From an uncultured archaeon (lineage in GTDB: Archaea > Asgardarchaeota > Lokiarchaeia > Sigyniarchaeales > SOKP01), in NCBI GenBank assembly GCA_964447495.1, contig CAYUTF010000001.1:96001-160000 (forward strand): a stretch of 64,000 nt of DNA, in the 5' to 3' direction. A model generated the notes under the pieces. It was given only the letters and a program-made list of their open reading frames with translations. It searched no databases and was not told the origin of the DNA. Below, one piece after another: positions 19,118-29,199 of the stretch. Position 1 is the first letter of the stretch; each line of letters begins with the position of its first letter. The translations under genes and the position numbers were made by a program.

Positions 19118-21622
19118 GTGAAAATGGACAAAATTAAAGTAGTCGGGGCAAGAATTCATAATCTTAAAAATATAGATGTAAATATTCCAAAAGGAAAAAT
19201 AGTCCTTATTACCGGAGTTTCAGGCTCAGGCAAATCAAGTTTAGCATTTGATATTTTATTTGATGAAGGAATGAATAGATATCTTCAATCGATTGGATTT
19301 CCCCCTAAATTTGAAGATGAGAAACCGTTTGATATTATTGAGGGATTAAGCCCAACCGTAGCAGTAGAGCAGAGAACTACACGCGTATTCAATCCCCGCT
19401 CAACAGTTGGGACTAAAACAGGTATTTACAGCCTTTTACGAATGCTTTTTGCGATGGAGGGAATTCTAATCTGCCCTATTTGCAAAGAACCTGTGAATGA
19501 AGCCACTTTAGAATGCAATTTGTGTGGAATGATTGTTGATCGTAAACAAATTAAGCATTTCTCTTTTAACGAGCCGTCAGGAATGTGTTTAGAATGCAAA
19601 GGGAGAGGGTATAAAATGTTTATTACTGAAGAAATGATTGTTCAAGATTATAATAGAACTCTTATAGAAATTACGAAAGCTGGTTCGGGAGTTTTTGCCG
19701 ATCAAATCCGGTTTGTAGAGCAATTACCGAATTTTTACCATTTTGATATCAACACCCCTTTTAAGGATTTACCAGAAGAGGTCAAACAAGTATATTTATA
19801 TGGCAGTGGAAAGAAACTCAAATTTCAATGGGAATCAAAAACTTTTAGCGGAGAGTTAGCCCGTGTTTTTGAAGGAATTATTCCACATGTGAGAAGAGCT
19901 TTAGCAGAGAGTAAGAGCGATTACAGGAAGCATAAGATACACAAGAATTTTATGGCAAAAAAGAAATGTGAGGAATGCAATGGATATAGAATTAATGATC
20001 AAGCTCGCGAGATAAAAATTAGAGAAAAACATATAGGAGAATTAGCGATGATGCCAATTGATGACTTAAAAGATTTTTTAGAAACTCTAACGGATAAAGA
20101 GATTAAAAGTCTGCAAGGTAAATCTATATTAGAAAGTATTTTACAAGGGCTTAATCGTTTAATTCATGTGGGTTTAAAATATCTCAATTTACATCGTTCA
20201 TTACCAACATTAAGTGGAGGAGAACTACAAAGACTCTCTTTAATGACGCATTTAGACGCAGGACTTGATTCATTAATTTACATCTTAGATGAACCAAGTA
20301 TGAGCTTGCATGAAAGTGAAAAAGAGTCATTGATTAACATTTTGAAACAATTGAAACAATTAGGAAATACCGTTATAATTGTCGAACATGACAAGCGATT
20401 TATTAATATTGCTGATGAAATAATTGATATTGGTCCTGGGGCGGGGGTAAATGGCGGCCAAATTGTTTTTCAAGGAAGTGTAAATGAGATTAAAAAGATT
20501 AAGGAATCACTAACTGGGCAATTTCTTGCTAAAAATATTATTTTACCTAAAAAGTCTGATGAGGATCGCAGATTTATTAATAGTAATACAAAATTCATAA
20601 CAATTGAGAACGCAAACACTAATAATCTCAAAAATGTGAAAGTAGATATACCCTTAGGTATGATGGTTGGAATAGCAGGGGTCTCTGGTTCGGGGAAAAG
20701 CTCTCTTGTATTAGATACTCTAGTTCCCCTGCTTAAACCACTTTTTAAGAGAGGAGGAAAAAAGGATACTAAAAAGAGGAATGATAATGCATACAATGAA
20801 GAGAATGATGAGGATATTTTGGAATATTCCGGAAATGTGGAAGGCTGGGAAAATTTAGATGGAACTGTAGTGGTTAATCAAAAACCAATATCTAGGGTAA
20901 AAACATCAACACCATGTTCTTATATCGGTATTTGGGATAAAGTACGTGATTTATTTGCTAAAACGGCGGAAGCAAAAAAAAGAAACTATAAGGCTGGACA
21001 TTTCTCCTATAATTCCGAAAATGGAAGATGTCCAGTATGTAAAGGAAGTGGGGAACAAGATTTACAGATATCATTCCTCAGCAGTTTTTCCATTCCCTGC
21101 AAAGAATGTAAAGGTTTAAGATATAAACCAGAAATATTGGAAGTAGTGTATAAAGGAAAATCAATAGCAGAAGTTCTTGATATGACTGTAAGTGAAGCAC
21201 TAGAATTATTTAAAACCCAATCCAATATCTCTAATGTTCTCGAAGTATTGAATGATATAGGTATGGGATATATTACGCTTGGACAACCCGCTCCAACTTT
21301 AAGTGGTGGGGAAGCACAACGTATTAAGTTAGCAAAAGAATTAGGAAAAATACGTAAAGGAAATTCACTATACATATTAGATGAACCGACTGTTGGTTTA
21401 TCATTTTATGATGTAGTTAAATTAATAGAACTTTTAGAAAAATTAGTCCAAGATGGAAATAGTGTTGTCATTATTGAACATGATCTTAAAATTCTCTCAT
21501 ATTGTGATTATATTATTGAATTAGGTCCCGAAGGAGGTCCTAAAGGAGGAAAAGTAATTGCTGAAGGTACTCCTGATGAAATTAAACAAAATTTGAAATC
21601 AAAATCGGGTCCATATTTATAA
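19118..21622 (+). CDS. uvrA: UvrA-family ATPase, class II (no UvrB-binding domain)
   Basis: GARIHNLKN, two GVSGSGKSS, two LSGGE, LDEP, Zn fingers; only 10 aa between CPIC and CNLC where the UvrB-binding domain normally sits. Confidence 0.9.
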   Translation: MKMDKIKVVGARIHNLKNIDVNIPKGKIVLITGVSGSGKSSLAFDILFDEGMNRYLQSIGFPPKFEDEKPFDIIEGLSPTVAVEQRTTRVFNPRSTVGTKTGIYSLLRMLFAMEGILICPICKEPVNEATLECNLCGMIVDRKQIKHFSFNEPSGMCLECKGRGYKMFITEEMIVQDYNRTLIEITKAGSGVFADQIRFVEQLPNFYHFDINTPFKDLPEEVKQVYLYGSGKKLKFQWESKTFSGELARVFEGIIPHVRRALAESKSDYRKHKIHKNFMAKKKCEECNGYRINDQAREIKIREKHIGELAMMPIDDLKDFLETLTDKEIKSLQGKSILESILQGLNRLIHVGLKYLNLHRSLPTLSGGELQRLSLMTHLDAGLDSLIYILDEPSMSLHESEKESLINILKQLKQLGNTVIIVEHDKRFINIADEIIDIGPGAGVNGGQIVFQGSVNEIKKIKESLTGQFLAKNIILPKKSDEDRRFINSNTKFITIENANTNNLKNVKVDIPLGMMVGIAGVSGSGKSSLVLDTLVPLLKPLFKRGGKKDTKKRNDNAYNEENDEDILEYSGNVEGWENLDGTVVVNQKPISRVKTSTPCSYIGIWDKVRDLFAKTAEAKKRNYKAGHFSYNSENGRCPVCKGSGEQDLQISFLSSFSIPCKECKGLRYKPEILEVVYKGKSIAEVLDMTVSEALELFKTQSNISNVLEVLNDIGMGYITLGQPAPTLSGGEAQRIKLAKELGKIRKGNSLYILDEPTVGLSFYDVVKLIELLEKLVQDGNSVVIIEHDLKILSYCDYIIELGPEGGPKGGKVIAEGTPDEIKQNLKSKSGPYL

Positions 21623-21705
21623 TAATTTTAATAAATAATGCTAACATTTTTGATGAATTAGTTATAGTTTGATTAAAAATTATTAAAAAATATCGCGAAA
21701 ACATC

Positions 21706-22320
21706 ATGGAAGATATAAATAAGAAAGAGTTTTTACCTCAGAGTCTTGTTGCTGAATCAATAAACAATCCGAAGATTCTTAAAGAATTAGTTAATAACCT
21801 ACTCGTAAAAGAGGATACAATCAGATACAATAGTCATAAAGTCCTACTTCTAGTTAGTGAAAGTAATCCTGAACTTCTCTATTCTGATTGGGATTTTTTT
21901 GTAGATCTTTTAAAAAGTAAAAATAATTTTCAAAAAGTAATTGGAATTCAAATTCTTGCCAATTTAACTAAATCAGATACCAAGAACAAATTTAATGATA
22001 TCTTCGAGCTATATTGTGAATTGATTGATTCTAAAAGTGTAATGACAGCAGCGCATATAGCTTTGAATTTAGGAAAGATTGCTAAATTTAAACCAAAATT
22101 TAGAGAGAAGCTAGTAGAGGTATTATTGAATATTGATAAAACACATCACGAGTCAGGTCGAAAAGATTTAATAAAAGCATCGGTAATCGAAGCATTCATG
22201 GAATTCTATACTGAAATTAAACAAAAGGAAAAAATTTTAAATTTTGTGAAGGATCAATTAAATAGCTCAAGCCCCAAAACGAGAAAATTAGCAGAGACGT
22301 TTGTGAAAAGATTTGCCTGA
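21706..22320 (+). CDS. HEAT/ARM-repeat helical protein
   Basis: Amphipathic helical repeats (DTIRYNSHKVL, LLKSKNNFQK, QLNSSSPKTRKLA). Confidence 0.65.
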   Translation: MEDINKKEFLPQSLVAESINNPKILKELVNNLLVKEDTIRYNSHKVLLLVSESNPELLYSDWDFFVDLLKSKNNFQKVIGIQILANLTKSDTKNKFNDIFELYCELIDSKSVMTAAHIALNLGKIAKFKPKFREKLVEVLLNIDKTHHESGRKDLIKASVIEAFMEFYTEIKQKEKILNFVKDQLNSSSPKTRKLAETFVKRFA

Positions 22321-22352
22321 TTTTATTGAGTGCAATTTTAAAAATAAAATAA

Positions 22353-22817
22353 TTAGTAAAGAGGAATTTCAGGATGCTTTTTTGCTTCCTCATAAATTGG
22401 CCCTTTAGCAATAAATCCAAGAGCTATCCCACTACCCCTTCCAACTAACAATTTAGTATTAATCTTAAAATTGAAAACTTTTAATAAAGACTCTGATAAT
22501 TTAATTGATCTATTTTGGTTTATTCCTACCCAAGAAAATATTCTTTTATTTATTTGTTTTATCTCACCCTCAGTGAGCTGATAATTTAATACATCTGGGT
22601 AATTAATTAGCATTTTTTCTATAGGGGTATTTTTTAAAAGACGTTCAGAACTTAACCCAAATCCACCTGAACGCTTACTACCTGACATTAATATGCCCTT
22701 ATCATCATAATTGAAAGCATATTCTAAAAATGCTTCATCGGGAATGTTTATCACTCCCTTATTACTAACCGCTGACCATCCAAATATATATTTTCCACCT
22801 TTAACAAGTTGAGGCAT
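22353..22817 (-). CDS. Conserved hypothetical protein, tandem AbrB/MraZ-like swapped hairpin
   Basis: GWSAVSNKGVINIPDEA and duplicated SWVGINQNRSIKLSESL patterns. Confidence 0.65.
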   Translation of the reverse strand: MPQLVKGGKYIFGWSAVSNKGVINIPDEAFLEYAFNYDDKGILMSGSKRSGGFGLSSERLLKNTPIEKMLINYPDVLNYQLTEGEIKQINKRIFSWVGINQNRSIKLSESLLKVFNFKINTKLLVGRGSGIALGFIAKGPIYEEAKKHPEIPLY

Positions 22818-22833
22818 TCAATCACATTTTTTA

Positions 22834-23526
22834 TTACTTATTATGAATCGTAATATCAAATAAATCAGCATTGATTACGTAATTACCTTTTAAATCAGTT
22901 TGATCAACTATATGCTTAACTTCATTAGGAGTATAACTTGCCATAATTGAACTTTTCCAGTAATAGCTCATAATATTGGATATGAACGGTTTGGCTAGGT
23001 TAAAAATAATTTTAGCTCCTAAACCTATATCTCGTCTTCCATCACCTATACAAAAGACTCCCTTTTCTTTCAAAACTCTGGCAATTTCATTTAAAATTTG
23101 AATGGGCTCTTCCCAGTGATGGAGACTATCATGAGAAATAACGGCATCAAACGAATTATCTTCAAACATATGCATATTATTAGCATTACCATTAACAAAA
23201 GTAATATTATTTTGCACTTTTTCATTATTTATATTCTGTTTTGCCACTCTTATCATATCATTAGATATCTCTAAACCAGTTAAATGAATAGTTGGATTTT
23301 CTTTAACTAATATGATGCTAATCCAAGCTGGACCTGGCCCGATTTCTAATACTTTTGCTCTATCTTTAAGATCTAAATCATTTAGAATATATTTCGCAAA
23401 ATGTTTATATTCTCTCATTCGCTTTTTAAATTGTCGGTTAAGCTCTTCCATTGACATTTCTTCATGATCGTCAATAGATTCTCCCTCTGGGATTCTAGGT
23501 GGTATTTTCTTCATAGTTATTTTCAT
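22834..23526 (-). CDS. Class I SAM-dependent methyltransferase
   Basis: VLEIGPGP, GLEIS, FDAVISHDSLHHW, RVLKEKG. Confidence 0.9.
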   Translation of the reverse strand: MKITMKKIPPRIPEGESIDDHEEMSMEELNRQFKKRMREYKHFAKYILNDLDLKDRAKVLEIGPGPAWISIILVKENPTIHLTGLEISNDMIRVAKQNINNEKVQNNITFVNGNANNMHMFEDNSFDAVISHDSLHHWEEPIQILNEIARVLKEKGVFCIGDGRRDIGLGAKIIFNLAKPFISNIMSYYWKSSIMASYTPNEVKHIVDQTDLKGNYVINADLFDITIHNK

Positions 23527-24326
23527 TTTAACTTTACCTCCGTGACGTAAAATCGCATATAATGGGATGTAAACTTAGCAATTAGACCCTTCATCAACAT
23601 TATAGGAATCATCTTCCATAATTGTTGAATCATTGGTTGCATAACAAGTCCTGAAGGTAAAACGACCATAGATTCTCTCAAACCGGGTAATACTTTATAT
23701 GGCGCTTCCAGTAATTTGGCTCCTCCTTCTAAAAGGTGATTTGTAGCCACTTCGACATCAATACATGCTAGACTAATTCGATGCCAACCTGCAACGTTAT
23801 GAGCTGTGTCTCGGAGACTTTTCACAATTTGATTTTCTAAGAGCCTATGCTGTGTATTTTTCAAAACAAATCGGATACCGGAGAATTCTAATATATCTTC
23901 ATGGTTATTTGAGTTGAAACCACATTGATTTATTAAAAAATCTCTATCTATTTCGATATTAATAGACTTTAGTTTGAGTTCTATAATTTTTGGTTTTTTA
24001 ATTTCCGAATTTTTACGTATTTCTATTTTAAGATTTGTTGAAAGCTCAAAGGACCCAAAATCATCATAAGGACTCTCAAATATCACTTTATCTATGCAAC
24101 TTATTCCACTTGGAATTTCTATATCTGAAAATTCCAATAATTCAATGGTGTATTTTCCACAGTTAATTAATACTACAGGGATAACAATTGATTTGGATAC
24201 TAAAAGCTCAAACCTAACGAAGGGTTTTAATTTTAAAAGTTCATATATTCTTTTCAAGGCAACTTCTAAGTTATTTACATTACCCACAATGCTATCCAAC
24301 CTAAATGGAACTATATTATTATTCAT
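23523..24326 (-). CDS. VOC/glyoxalase-like protein
   Basis: Two beta-alpha-beta-beta-beta units: LDSIVGNVNNLEVAL...TIELLE and GWHRISLACIDVEVAT...GAKLL. Confidence 0.6.
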   Translation of the reverse strand: MNNNIVPFRLDSIVGNVNNLEVALKRIYELLKLKPFVRFELLVSKSIVIPVVLINCGKYTIELLEFSDIEIPSGISCIDKVIFESPYDDFGSFELSTNLKIEIRKNSEIKKPKIIELKLKSINIEIDRDFLINQCGFNSNNHEDILEFSGIRFVLKNTQHRLLENQIVKSLRDTAHNVAGWHRISLACIDVEVATNHLLEGGAKLLEAPYKVLPGLRESMVVLPSGLVMQPMIQQLWKMIPIMLMKGLIAKFTSHYMRFYVTEVKLK

Positions 24327-24405
24327 AACATCACATATCTTTATAATTTTAAATCATCTTAATATCTAAACTAAGAAAGATAAGATTCATATTTAAGGAT
24401 ATGGA

Positions 24406-24429
24406 AGTTGTCAAGAAGATATGACAACT
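24406..24429. promoter_or_regulatory. Inverted repeat, probable operator in divergent promoter
   Basis: AGTTGTCA-N8-TGACAACT, a perfect 8-bp inverted repeat ending 15 bp before the TrmB-like start. Confidence 0.55.
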
Positions 24430-24443
24430 GAGATTGTATATTA

Positions 24444-25358
24444 ATGAAGAATGAATTATATAAATTAATGGAAAATGATTTTAACGATACTGAAGAAGAC
24501 AGATCCGAAGAATTTATCCGAAATTTACTGAACTTTGGACTATCTGAAGAAGAAGCTAAGGTTTACTTCTCTCTATTAAAGCGAGGCAAGAGAGGTGAAA
24601 TTGTAGGACGAATTAAAGATGAATTAGAAATCGGGCGAACTACTATATATGCAGTTATGGAACGATTAAATCAGAAAAAGTGGGTATATTCCGAAGAGAT
24701 TTCAGATTCCCCGAAAAGAATAAAATATATCGCTAACCCTCCAATGGAAATGCTAGGAAACATAATAAAAGAAAGAGAAGACAATTTAAGGAATTCAAAG
24801 GATATTAGTTTAAAAATTAGAGACAAATTGGACCTAAAATATCAAGGGGCTAAAAAACTTACAATTAATACCATTCATGTTGGAGGCTATAAATACTTAA
24901 AACCGCTTGTGGAAAAAGGATGGAAAATCAAATCAGAAGTAGTTGAGCATATAGAATCACTTGAATATTTGGTTCTTGATTATGAACTTAAAGGGAGCAA
25001 AGGTATACCAAAAGATAGTGGGCTAATTATCTTTTTTTATAATAAGAATATTGAAGATGACACTAAAATCGTACAAGAGGCCGTAGAAATGTTTAAAACA
25101 AAAACCGAATATGAAATTCGAAGGGATAAAATACCTGGTTTTCAAGATGTCAAGTTAGATGATACTAAATTCGGAGAGTATCCAGGAGCAGAAGTATATA
25201 TTAAATTGAAATTTAAAAAAAGTTGGTGGAATGTTGGACATCAAGCAGTAATTCCACTTAAGAATAAAATATTTTTAATTTTTGGTGCCCATGAAAATTT
25301 CCAAATACTAATGGATACGATTCTTAATGCTGAGAAATTCCATCATTTGATGGAATAA
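24444..25358 (+). CDS. TrmB-family HTH regulator with uncharacterised C-terminal domain
   Basis: LLNFGLSEEEAKVYFSLL...IGRTTIYAVMERLNQKKWV...PKRIKYIANPP. Confidence 0.8.
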   Translation: MKNELYKLMENDFNDTEEDRSEEFIRNLLNFGLSEEEAKVYFSLLKRGKRGEIVGRIKDELEIGRTTIYAVMERLNQKKWVYSEEISDSPKRIKYIANPPMEMLGNIIKEREDNLRNSKDISLKIRDKLDLKYQGAKKLTINTIHVGGYKYLKPLVEKGWKIKSEVVEHIESLEYLVLDYELKGSKGIPKDSGLIIFFYNKNIEDDTKIVQEAVEMFKTKTEYEIRRDKIPGFQDVKLDDTKFGEYPGAEVYIKLKFKKSWWNVGHQAVIPLKNKIFLIFGAHENFQILMDTILNAEKFHHLME

Positions 25359-25380
25359 TTAAATAATCAATTTGAGCGTC

Positions 25381-28300
25381 TTAATATTTTAATTCTACCC
25401 AATTTTCTAGTTCAAGATAGAGTTTTTTCAAATTGTTAATTTGATTATCATCTGCATCCCAGTAGCCTCTATTATTCGCTTGAAGCATATTTTTAATTAT
25501 ATCCATCATTGCAAAACGGTTATTCTCTTCTAACTTTTCTCTCAATTCTTCATTATGAATATATTGATCATAAGCTTTGTCCCAAATCCAGTTATCTACT
25601 TTATGTGTTGTAGCAGATAAGCCAAGAAGATTCTCTACGCGTTCAGCTATTTTTTGACCACCATGATATTTATGTTCGAGTAGACTCTTGATCCATTTAG
25701 GATTTAAAGAACGTGTAATTGCCCCTTCTCTGATACTTTCTTGTAGTGTGTTTACTTTTATCTCTTTACTAGAAGAATCTGCAATATATATATTTGCCTC
25801 CTTTCCACTTATTTCTTTATAGGTACGCGCTAGTCCACCAGTAAATTCATAATAGTGGTCTAAATCTGTTATTGAATATTCACTAGAATCCCGAATTTGG
25901 CTCATAATTTCAATTTCATTTATATTTTGGGAAAAATTCTCTACTAATTGCTTTACTTTTTGGTTTTTCATATAAGCAAAACTCATATTTCTAAGATAAT
26001 CCTTTGCTAATTCATTCTCCTCATCCCACTTTCCAGCAGATATAATCTCTGTTAAATTTGTATTATATTTCCCGGGAGGTGGTCCAAATACACGTGCATC
26101 AGCATTCTCTAATCCTTTATTTTTCAATGTTAAAATTGATTTTTTCACATAGTTATGTTCAAGACTTTCATCTAAATCTGCTACTAATTCAATTGCTTTA
26201 TTAATTAATTCTAAATGATAAGGAAATGTATCCCGAAAGATTCCACATATAGTAATTATAACATTGATTCTAGGATGGGTCATTTCTTCTAATGGTATAA
26301 CCTCTAACTCAGTAGTCCAAATAGATTTATTTTTAACAGGTTTAACTCCTAAATAATTAAAAATTTGACCAATAGTTTCTCCTCCAGTTTTCATAGTTTC
26401 AAACGCCCATAGAACTACGCTTACTGTCTCGGGCCAGCTATTGTGACTATTCTTATATTCTTGGATTAACTTTTCTGCGATTAGATCTCCACGTTTTAGT
26501 GCGGTAGAATTAGGGATAAGTCGGGGATCAAACCCATAGGAATTTTTCCCTGTTGGATAAATATGTGGAGAACGGATAGGATCTCCTCCTAATCCGGGTT
26601 CAATATAACCCCCTTCTAATGCATGGATAAGATTGTCTAATTCTAAAGTTTCATCGATTTTATTTGTTAAATCTTGTATCCAGAAAGTAACAAGTTCAAT
26701 TAAACCATCGGCAATATCATAAAGGGTTATTAAATTTTGATTAATATCTCCTAATGGAGTTTTCAAGGAATATAGTTCATAGTAATCTTTCAAAAAGCTT
26801 TCTAGTTTTTCCATATTTATAGATCCATTATCTATCCTAAAATAGAATAAAAAATCCTCTATATATGAAGGTTTTTCTGAAGAGTGAATTATGATATTTT
26901 TTATAAGATTCAGTTTTTGTTGAAGTGTGTATTGAATTCCTAAAGTATGTAAGCCCATAGGTATTATGCTTTCTTTGTATCGATAGAGTTTATCTTCTAA
27001 TTCTGAAATAGTATTATAATCAAGATTCATGGAATTAGCTAATTCTCTAACTTCTTGGGTCAAATCATTGATTCTTGTATCTTTTTGATCGGGTAATAAA
27101 TAAGAGTCTGAAGAAGGAACAATCTTCTGAAATTCCGATATTAATTCTTCTAATTTATCGAATTCATCGTATAATCCTGACTCTTGGAAGGTAGGTCCTG
27201 CATGGTTTATAATCAATGCGTTACCTCTTCTCTTTGCTATAGCAGACTCACTTGTGTTTGTTATATGGTAATAATATATATTTGGGAGTGACCCCAGTAA
27301 CTTTAAATTATAATCATCAATCCAACCAGCACATTCTTTCCCAGGGAGAAATTCCTCAGTTCCATGTGTACCCACATGGACTAATGCATCTATTTTTAAA
27401 ATCTTTTCAAGATAATAATAGAAAGCCAAATATTGATGATGAGGTGGTAAATTCTTATTATGATATTCATTACTATCACCTGCCACTTTACTTCTTGATG
27501 GCTGAACGCAGAGATATACATTGCCAAATTGAATTATAGGTAATTTAATATGCGAGTTAATCGTCATTATATCTCCCGGTGGTTTACCCCAATATTGAAT
27601 AATCTCGCTTTGTTTTTCTAAAGAAAAAGTTTTAAAGAATTGATTATAGAGTTGAAGATCTAATTTTATCCCTTTATAATCCTTAATATCAGTATATTTT
27701 GGTAGATTTACTATACCAAAATTTATAAATAAATCCATTAAGTTGCTATCATTCGAAAAATCTTCTATATGATATCCTTCGTCAATCATTTTTGTTATGA
27801 GTTTCTTTATGGATTCTGAAACATCCAAATATGCTGCATTTCCGATTTTATCTTCCCCTGGAGGGTAATTATACACAATTATCGCTATTTTTTTATCCCC
27901 ATTTTTTTTTAGTCTTAGTGCCAACCACTTTTTAATTCTTAGGCAATAGGCTGCTAAATTTTCTTTTAATGGCTTTACTTCTAAAATATTAGAGTTAACT
28001 TGATCTGAAAATCCTAAATCTTCAAGCAATCCTACAGTTGTCATCTCCAATCTGCCGTCTAATTCAGGCATAACAATTGCTATTAACTGATTAATTGGTA
28101 TAATTCCTTCCTTTGATTTGGAGTATTCTTCAAAAGACATATCATACTGAATAATTGGATTAAATTGAGGTACGTCCATTTTTTTAAATAAATTTAAAGT
28201 TTTCGAACTATCTCCGCCAAAAGGTCCACCATTTAATTGAAAATACTGAAGGTTAATGATAGCACTAACTAAATTTTTTCCGTCTTGGAAGAATAAAGTT

Positions 28301-29190
28301 TCATAAGCTTCCACGTTGGTTAATACATCAGAAAAAACGGGAAGAATATTAAATTCTGAAAGATTATCGATAAATTGCTCAACAATGGGGAGAGATTGTT
28401 CAAAATATAAACCACCGTAGTAAAAAATTCCTATGGTTTGTTTGGTAGGGTTAAATTTTTTCTTTTGAAAATACTCTTCAGAAGATTGAAAGTATTCATT
28501 TAATAATGGATCAAAGATCCCATATGGAGGAATTTTTTTTGGTTTCTCAACTTGAATACTTTTATGCCCAAGATAGTTTTTTAAAAGGAAAAGAAGCATA
28601 TTTTTATGATTAGCGGCAATACCACCTAATCCATGTACCCAATAATCCATCATCATAACCCAGGATCGGGCATGTTTAAGTGTTTTTACCGGAAATACTT
28701 TACCTAAGAATTTCAAGAAATTGGTCATTCTCTGACCAAATCTTACAGCATTAGTTAAATCAGGGACTTCATCAATGGAATATCCTTTAGTGCTTGGAGA
28801 TGGAATTTTGCGTGCTTGAAATGACCCCATTTTAGTTAGTCCTCTTATCTCACTATTTCCACCTACAAGAGCGATGATTTGGATTCTTTCAAATAAATCA
28901 GGAGTTTCTTCTTCAATTGTTTTGTATGTGTTTACCAAAACTTCGACTGTGGGGGTATTTCCACGAATATCAAGGAGCATAATATTCGATTTATAGATGA
29001 TATTAATTAATTCCTTCTCTGATATCCTTCCTGAGTCTAGATCTTTAAGAAAATAGATTTTAAACTCAAAAATCTTGCCTAATTGTCTATAAATATCATC
29101 AATTGCCTCGGTTAGCCATTTTAAAAAAACAGAAGCTGTAATTAAGGTTATTTGGGGCAACGTTTTTGATTTAATATCACTAGCACTCAT
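25381..29190 (-). CDS. CobN/magnesium chelatase H-subunit family protein (BchH-like)
   Basis: MPELDG, YNYPPG, VQPSR, HVGTHGTEEFLPGK, AKRRG, GGDPIR, PTGKN, GIFRD, DLDHYYE, LNPKW. Confidence 0.9.
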   Translation of the reverse strand: MSASDIKSKTLPQITLITASVFLKWLTEAIDDIYRQLGKIFEFKIYFLKDLDSGRISEKELINIIYKSNIMLLDIRGNTPTVEVLVNTYKTIEEETPDLFERIQIIALVGGNSEIRGLTKMGSFQARKIPSPSTKGYSIDEVPDLTNAVRFGQRMTNFLKFLGKVFPVKTLKHARSWVMMMDYWVHGLGGIAANHKNMLLFLLKNYLGHKSIQVEKPKKIPPYGIFDPLLNEYFQSSEEYFQKKKFNPTKQTIGIFYYGGLYFEQSLPIVEQFIDNLSEFNILPVFSDVLTNVEAYETLFFQDGKNLVSAIINLQYFQLNGGPFGGDSSKTLNLFKKMDVPQFNPIIQYDMSFEEYSKSKEGIIPINQLIAIVMPELDGRLEMTTVGLLEDLGFSDQVNSNILEVKPLKENLAAYCLRIKKWLALRLKKNGDKKIAIIVYNYPPGEDKIGNAAYLDVSESIKKLITKMIDEGYHIEDFSNDSNLMDLFINFGIVNLPKYTDIKDYKGIKLDLQLYNQFFKTFSLEKQSEIIQYWGKPPGDIMTINSHIKLPIIQFGNVYLCVQPSRSKVAGDSNEYHNKNLPPHHQYLAFYYYLEKILKIDALVHVGTHGTEEFLPGKECAGWIDDYNLKLLGSLPNIYYYHITNTSESAIAKRRGNALIINHAGPTFQESGLYDEFDKLEELISEFQKIVPSSDSYLLPDQKDTRINDLTQEVRELANSMNLDYNTISELEDKLYRYKESIIPMGLHTLGIQYTLQQKLNLIKNIIIHSSEKPSYIEDFLFYFRIDNGSINMEKLESFLKDYYELYSLKTPLGDINQNLITLYDIADGLIELVTFWIQDLTNKIDETLELDNLIHALEGGYIEPGLGGDPIRSPHIYPTGKNSYGFDPRLIPNSTALKRGDLIAEKLIQEYKNSHNSWPETVSVVLWAFETMKTGGETIGQIFNYLGVKPVKNKSIWTTELEVIPLEEMTHPRINVIITICGIFRDTFPYHLELINKAIELVADLDESLEHNYVKKSILTLKNKGLENADARVFGPPPGKYNTNLTEIISAGKWDEENELAKDYLRNMSFAYMKNQKVKQLVENFSQNINEIEIMSQIRDSSEYSITDLDHYYEFTGGLARTYKEISGKEANIYIADSSSKEIKVNTLQESIREGAITRSLNPKWIKSLLEHKYHGGQKIAERVENLLGLSATTHKVDNWIWDKAYDQYIHNEELREKLEENNRFAMMDIIKNMLQANNRGYWDADDNQINNLKKLYLELENWVELKY

Positions 29191-29199
29191 AATTATTAT

